From Octopus sinensis (taxonomy: Eukaryota), in NCBI RefSeq assembly GCF_006345805.1, contig NC_043008.1, forward strand, positions 58,900,001 to 58,964,000: a stretch of DNA of 64,000 bases, written 5' to 3'. The translations under genes were made by a program, and so were the position numbers. Shown in pieces: positions 56,878 through 64,000 of this stretch. The notes below the pieces were generated by a model, which saw nothing but the letters and a program-made list of their open reading frames with translations, did not search any database and was not told where the DNA came from. Position 1 is the first letter of the stretch. Every line of letters starts with the position of its first letter.

Positions 56878-58249
56878 GTATTTGATATCAAATGCAAATT
56901 ATTGCTGGCATATAAAACAATTTTTAAAAAATTGTTAAAAAATACGTAGGAAAGGAGAATAGTTATGTATTGTTGACTGAACTACATGACGTGTGTCAAC
57001 TCAATTATTCTAATAGTTTATCATGCATGATCTCATACTTTACATTATTTATATAACATAACGATCTTGATTTGTGCACAAAAATCTTATTTACGCCGCC
57101 ACTGACACCTGATCCAATCTTTCTATTATGGTAACATCAATGATACACTGCATTGCAGATTCTAGTGCATCCGCGGTGCTTTCTACCTTAGACGATGTGA
57201 GGCATGTATAATTGGATGCTTTTATTTTGGGATTGTATTTTAACTGTATCCAATGTGTAAGTTGAGTTCGCACGGTGCAGCTATAAGCAATTAATATCAT
57301 CACACGCAAGGTGGATCATAATCAATGGACTTTAATCCACGCATCCTGACATCCAATCCAAACGAAACAGTGGCACGCGATAACAGGAAATCCCTTTTCG
57401 AAATAAATAGTCATTCATTGATGGCTTTGCGTAGTATATTTCCATATCTGGGTTCAGACGGTGCTCTGCAGTGATTAACAGATGTTCATGCGCTCGGAGC
57501 ATAAGTGATCGCAGCCAACTCGACTCCTGAGATAAACAAATTGCGTCAAACGTTGGTCATAATAATCTTGTATCTGATAATGTAAATTGAGAGATATTAT
57601 TTCAGTAATTACGAAGCTAACTAGTCATTTCGGTAAATTAATTATATAATCGTCTACACCCCCACCTCACACACAGGTATACACACGAATATATATATAT
57701 AACCCAATAAGAATTTTAGGGTAAAGCTTATCACACATCACATTTTTTAGGTGTGCTAAACACTTTTTTCCTTTTCTTATTTACAATATTCATTACTTTT
57801 CGTAATACCAACACGATAAATCTACCAGTGAAGTATCTGGATTTTCTTCACCAGTGGACTTGTAGTCTTCATCGAGGCTCTAATTCGAGAGTATTGATAG
57901 CTACGAGTTCGAGTTGAGTGCTACGTTGAAAATACTGATTTCTACCCTATCAGGAGAGCCTAATGCGCATGCACGCAAACACATATACACACTCACACAC
58001 GCACACACATACACGCTTATGTATTTATATATGCAACTATGTATGATATACACAGCGTCCTGTAAACGACGCCACCATTTGCGACTCAAATGATTTAATT
58101 CCAGTTTTTCTAAGACATATTTCCGTGCAGTACGGAATGGGTTATAAACTCCTATCACGCTGCAATTGTCTTTGTTTCAGCACAGGACCTCATATCAGGT
58201 CATCTGCCATGCAAGTACATCTCTGTAATATATATATATGTGTGTGTCT

Positions 58250-58450
58250 AAGGCGGCGAGCTGGCAGAAACGTTAGCACGCCGGGCGAAATGCGTAGCCG
58301 TATTTCGTCTGCTGTTTCGTTCTGAGTTCAAATTCCGCCGAGGTCGACTTTGCCTTTCATCCTTTCGGGGGTCGATAAATTAAGTATCAGTTACGCACTG
58401 GGGTCTATGTCATCGACTTAATCCGTTTGTCTGTCCTTGTTTGTCCCCTG
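58250..58450 (+). mobile_element. SINE family M, young copy
   Basis: aggcggcgagctggcagaaacgttagcacgccgggcgaaatgcgtagccg... near identical to the 61972 copy. Confidence 0.88.
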
Positions 58451-60079
58451 TGTGTGTGTGCGTGTGTGTATATATATGTGTATGTATGCATGCATGTATA
58501 TGTTCAGTTTGATTTTAGGTATTTGTATTCCTTCTCTAACGTAGAATCTGGTTTCTAAGAAGGAACGTAATATACATAATAACAACTGTTGAAGACTTAC
58601 ATCTTGCTCTTCAATAATTTCTTGCATAATCTCTTCTGTCCTGCTTTTACAGTGTATCTTTAAAACACTGTGTGGTTGATGGTCACTAACTTTAATTTTA
58701 ATCTTTTAATCCGTGATTTTAGCGCTATTGTCAACTTGACCTTTATTTCTTTAGCCAAGTATGCAAATAAGTTATAATTTGTTTGTGTACACACACACAT
58801 ATGTATATGAACATAATACGGTTTCTATGTTTTGTATTTTATTTTTTCCTGCTCTCTGTAAATATATGCTCACCTTTTCAAAGCAGCTGACATACTTCTT
58901 TTTTGCGTCATTCCCAAAGAAATTTATCAAGCCATAATTTCTGTTCTCTGTCCCAAGCAATTATATAAAGACTGTTATGCTTGTACTTGTCAGAGTTTTG
59001 ATGCGAATGTATTGAAATGTATCTGTATCTATAATAAAAGATATTCTTAAACATGTTTATCCCAGAGTAGTCTTTTTCTCGGATGACATTGAATATCGCT
59101 CAGCTTTGAAAAGTTTTGTGTTAATGACATCTTTGGACAGTTGCTGATCAAAGGCGCGATCCTAACAAAAATGTGACGTAATCGACATTTTCAGTCGGGT
59201 TTGCTTTGTATGTTTTCTGCTCTGTCACTTTTGTTCATTGGACGTTTAGTCGATATCTTTGGCTTTTGCATTGCATAAGCAAAATCCTTCGAAATATAAG
59301 CTGTTGTTCCTGTCATAAATTCATGAAAGTCTATCTATCACATCGATATTAAATTCATCCCCAAGTCTGCGGGATACATACAAGCACAACCATTTTTCGT
59401 AAGCAATGAGTTTGACTTCCATACATAACTATGTATGTATGTGTGTATGTATGTATGCATGTATGACACTGTCTGCATCAGGTAAAGCTTACTCTGAGCC
59501 AAAGATTTATGCGTATGGATAGAAATTGTTGGCGGTGGATAAATATGAGTTGATTTTATGTATATTCAATTCTTTGAAGTTGACAGATACTCATGATGAT
59601 AAAACTCTCTCTCTGAATCAATAAAACCAGTGGCACATTCTAACAATTGGGTGGAATTTTGTGGTTTCAGTTTGGAATTTCAATTGGGACAAACTTGAAG
59701 GTTTATAAAACATGAGTATTTCAGCGTTGCTATATGATTGTGGGACATGTGTTTCTCATCCGAGACATAATGAAGATCACAAGCGATGTCAGCAACAGTG
59801 CTTCAGTTATATGCCCGTTATCCGATTGCAAATCTAGATGATGTTGCAGTCCTCAAACGCATGCGTGTATGAATATATGTACGTATAAATAGGGTTTTTT
59901 TTTAGATAAAGCAGTACTCAGAATTCAACTTGGCCACTGTCAAAGAGATAAGCCTTCTTTGTTTGCCTTTTTTCTTCTTTTTGAATATGCGATTTTCTAA
60001 ATGTATACATGTAGATGAACCGGTGGATATTGATACATGCATACAATAACTGTTAAAATGTTTCACTTCGTCATCTTGT

Positions 60080-61430
60080 AGTCCCGGCAACCCTAAAGAA
60101 ATGCAAAGAGGCGCTACTAAAACCACTAAAAATCTCCTACCAAAGCTTCCTTGCAAATAGACCACTTCACAAAAAAGCTGAATGAAGGCATAATTTGTCC
60201 TATCCATAAAGGAATTAGCAGAGCGTGTTCTAAAAATTATAAGCCTGTCTTTCAAATCTCACGTCTGTAAAGTCATGGAAATCATTGTCGAGAGGAAGAT
60301 GATAACTTTCCTAGAAGATAATGTCTTGCTCCCTGACATCTACCATAGCTTCTTCTCAGGAAGAAACTGACTTGTTTAGCCTCTGCAGCAATATGGCTGG
60401 GTGTTGAAACAACAAATGAATCTTACAAACGTTGATGTGAGACATCTTGACATCACGGGATGATATGCCACAAACTACTGAAACTCGGCATAGTCAGACA
60501 AATGGGAGATTGATTACATGACTTGAAAGATAAGAGGGAAGACCTCGCGAAAGAGACAGTAATAGCGAGTGTAATATCTTAGCGAACCCTCTTCGGGCTG
60601 CTACTGTACTGTTATGCCGATGACACCATAGTTGTACAGGCAGTCAAGGCGTCTTTCGATGCTAATCTTCTACAGAACGACCTCGATGCCATATATATGC
60701 AATTTTATGCAGGATATTTTCAAGCCCACCTCTATCACCCAGCTTGTGCTAACATGCTGCTGCAGAGATACTTTGGACAAAATGGAGCGCGATATCCGGA
60801 ATCAAGTACACTGCGTGATCTGGGGATTGATATGAGCAACGACTCCTCGTTTCACATGCACACAACCAAGATCATGATATGCTGGTTCTACGGAATACAT
60901 TTGTACTCAGCCGTCTGGACTACTACTCGCAACTGTGGCCAGTGCACTGTGTCAAGTTAATAGCGGGACCTGAGGAAGTTCAGCAGTGATACACACAAAA
61001 AATTGCATTAATGGAACGGCTGATCTACTGGGAGAATGCTACGACTCTAATGTCAGGGGCGAAGAGAGGAGAGATATACAGTGATATATGCATAGAATAT
61101 CCTTGAAAAGTTGACACCAAACTTTAGCAAATTTTTGGCCGCCAAACTGAACTCCCTACACTGTTCCAAAGACCCCCAGCCATCCCGTTTAAATGAGGAC
61201 AAGGTACTGGAATAACTTGAAATTCATGGGCTCACAGCTATTTCTTATCTTTCCAAAACATCTAAGGGATCTACATGTTATAGGGATAGATAGTTTTCAA
61301 GAAGCAAGTTGACTTTCTGCTTTCCAAAATCCCAGATGAACGTACATCGCGGCAAGAAACTAAAACGAGAGAAGCAATATCGAAGTCCTTCGTTTACCAA
61401 AAGCAAATAAATAAAGAATGACCTTTGAAA
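60080..61430 (+). mobile_element. Decayed CR1/L2-group LINE reverse transcriptase and 3' end
   Basis: LKKCKEALLKPLKISYQSFLAN...EGIICPIHKGISRACSKNYKPV / SHVCKVMEIIVERKMITFLEDNVLL / YADDT at 60613 / RDLGIDMSNDSSF / RRRYTVIYA; many stops and frameshifts. Confidence 0.85.
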
Positions 61431-61971
61431 AGTTGATAATATTGATGGTGCCCAAGAATCGTACATCCTTTAGGCAGGAGCGCATGAAAAAATAAATGAA
61501 TAAAAGAATATGTATACATCTCTATATGTATAGCAAAATTTATGTGTACATGTATATGTAAGAATGTTACTGTTAAATTTACAGTTCCATGTATGTTTTC
61601 ATAATCAGGTCTGCTTTCTGTATAGTTGTTAATTAACTATCATACTGCGTAGTTTTACCAGTTATGAGCTACAGAGTAAACGTAGGAAAATATGGATAAA
61701 CACAACTGTTTATTAAAGTCCCTAGACGCATTTCAATATCATGGCTGTTTGAAGCTCACGATAGAAGTTCCGACTGTATATAAACGTTTGACGTCACCAG
61801 ATCCTCAGGGAACACTTCACTGTATCAAGTTACAGATATAATAAAGCCTCTTTTGTTTTGATATGATAGTTATTTTACGTTAGCTTCTTATAATTCTTTT
61901 GAACTGTAATAAACTTTTTTACTTCTTTCACCATTCTAAATTTCACTGAATAATACGTCGCGTAATGATAT

Positions 61972-62196
61972 TCTGGCAGAAACGTTAGCACGCCGGGCGA
62001 AATGCGTAGCCGTATTTCGTCTGCCGTTACGTTCTGAGTTCAAATTCCGCCGAGGTCGACTTTGCCTTTCATCCTTTCGGGGTCGATTAAATAAGTACCA
62101 ATTACGCACTGGGGTCGATATAATCAACTTAATCCGGTTGTCTGTCCTTGTTTGTCCCCTCTGTGTTTAGCCCCTTGTGGGTAGTAAAGAAATAGA
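61972..62196 (+). mobile_element. SINE family M, young copy
   Basis: Full body through gtgggtagtaaagaaatag. Confidence 0.88.
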
Positions 62197-63145
62197 TATT
62201 GAAGGACTTGAAAATGTGGTATCTAAAGGAAGGACATTCTCCCAGTTTTAAATCCCGTGGTTGTGTCCTGTAATTTTAAATAACGTTCAATTGTTTGTCA
62301 CTTGATATTTTTTGTATTTACTGTACACCGTCCTTTCTTGGGATTACGGCATTCTATGTAGGGAAATTTTCAGTGGTTGATTATCTTCAATATTTATGTT
62401 TTAAGAATCAAATATCGCCATACAGCCTTCTCAATCAATTGGTATATCTGTTATATCGTTATAGTGTTATATAGTGTTTTACAATGATCTCTTCCTAGGA
62501 ATTTACTCACGCTGCTTTTTTTGTTTTGTTTTTTCTTTGTCTCCCCTCGGGTTCATTTGCTATCCTTCAAATAATTTTATTTTGAAGCTCAGGAACTTCA
62601 GCGAGAGAATTGTTGATAGATTTTTTTCTCCTCTGTTGGTGATATATCTTAAGTGTTACTGACCGAGTCTCATATGAAATCGATCACAATCTAAGGTAAC
62701 CCCCACTCACCATGAGTGAGAAATATAATTCATTTCCATCTCAAATGATGTTGAAATTCCCAGCAGTTTCCGAGTTTTAACAACAAGCTTGCTACATTTC
62801 TTGTAATATGAAATTCAGAAACTTGACGGCGGTGTCAAAATAGATTCTGCAATGTTGTTGTGAATGATATGCCTGTTGCGGAATAACTATCCTAATTATC
62901 ACGGTTTCCTTTACATTCTTGACAATTTCAGTTTTTTTCCTTCACTTTATCAATGGGTCTTTCATAACTGATATGTTAAACCTAACGCTGATATTTGTAT
63001 GCTCAAAAACTAAACAGACACAGGTGTTTCAGCTGTTTTGTCAAGCTGTTAATGTTTAGTATTTCTCTTTGTTATTTGGCAAAGCACATGTTTACCAAGA
63101 AATTTTTCAAGAAAATTCATTTGGTCTCACCAATTAACATCTCAG

Positions 63146-63149
<4 letters not shown>

Positions 63150-63241
<92 letters not shown>

Positions 63242-63249
63242 ATTATATA

Positions 63250-63327
<78 letters not shown>
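63150..63327. repeat. (TA)n microsatellite
   Basis: Direct reading. Confidence 0.95.
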
Positions 63328-63576
63328 CGGTTTCGATTCCCAGACCGGGCGCTGTGTGTGTTTATTGAGCGAAAACAACTAAAATGCTCCACGAGGCTCC
63401 GGTGACTACCCCTGTTGTACTCTTCCGCCACAACTTTCTCTCACTCTGTCTTCCTGTTTCTTGAGTAACGCTGCGATGGGCTGGCGTCCCGTCCGGCTGG
63501 GGGGGGGGAACACATACGCCACAGAAACCGGGAAACCGGGCCCATGAACCTGGCTAGGCTTAAAAAGGGGCGACGC
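63328..63576 (+). mobile_element. SINE family B, 5'-truncated
   Basis: cggtttcgattcccagaccgggcg...gaacctggctaggcttaaaaaggggcg. Confidence 0.8.
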
Positions 63577-64000
63577 ATACATATGTACACTATATAAATA
63601 GTGTACATATGTATACTTGTACGTAAGCAAGTGTATGAATCTATGAATGTATGCGTGTAAATATCCATGTATGTAAACATATATGTATACGTTGTTTATA
63701 TCCATTACAGTAGGCACGCGTGTTACTATATAATTCATTTTGGAACACCACTTCCAGGGATGACATATTAATTCATTTATCTAAATTGCATTTGTTACCC
63801 AGAACCAAAATTAATATATGCAAATATATTCAATTTCAGTAGTTATTTAGGAGGTGAAAGTGTCTATTTTCATTCACCGTCATGCCAAATTAATTTAGGA
63901 ATCTAATCCAAATTTCCATTATATTAATCTTATTGTAATAAATTTTATTACATTTCACTTCACAATAAATGCATTGGGGATATAATTCTGCATCTCAAAA

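Noticed and set aside
58590-58960. Two minus-strand donor-like sites (GAT/gtaagt, AAG/gtgagc) suggesting small exons
   Set aside because: No convincing acceptors, no consistent frame and no recognisable product.
62250-62900. Possible gypsy pol relic on the minus strand (IEDNQPLKISLHRMP)
   Set aside because: A single short resemblance.

Overview
AT-rich, microsatellite-dense animal DNA. The three SINE families closely resemble those I recall from Octopus (inference, not a database result). One host coding exon is supported: the terminal exon (29988-30714, +) of a class A peptide-type GPCR covering the end of TM3 to the C-terminus; its upstream exon(s) were not found. The rest is intron or intergenic sequence containing more than 25 SINE copies from three families, decayed CR1-like and RTE-like LINEs, several Penelope-like element (PLE) relics (RT thumb, GIY-YIG, N-terminal region), two TIR-bounded MITEs, a 1.3-kb tandem duplication and many simple repeats. 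The most notable unannotated signal is a set of unrelated foldback elements abutting (TA)n tracts that carry type I hammerhead ribozyme (HHR) motifs. One near-canonical motif is at 35879-35967, a head-to-head overlapping pair sits in a 128-bp palindrome at 55286-55413, and a variant lies at 32741-32805; there are also several degenerate relics. These fit PLE pseudo-LTR or retrozyme-like elements. Almost all ORFs in the supplied track are microsatellite artefacts. All alignments and folds were done by eye.
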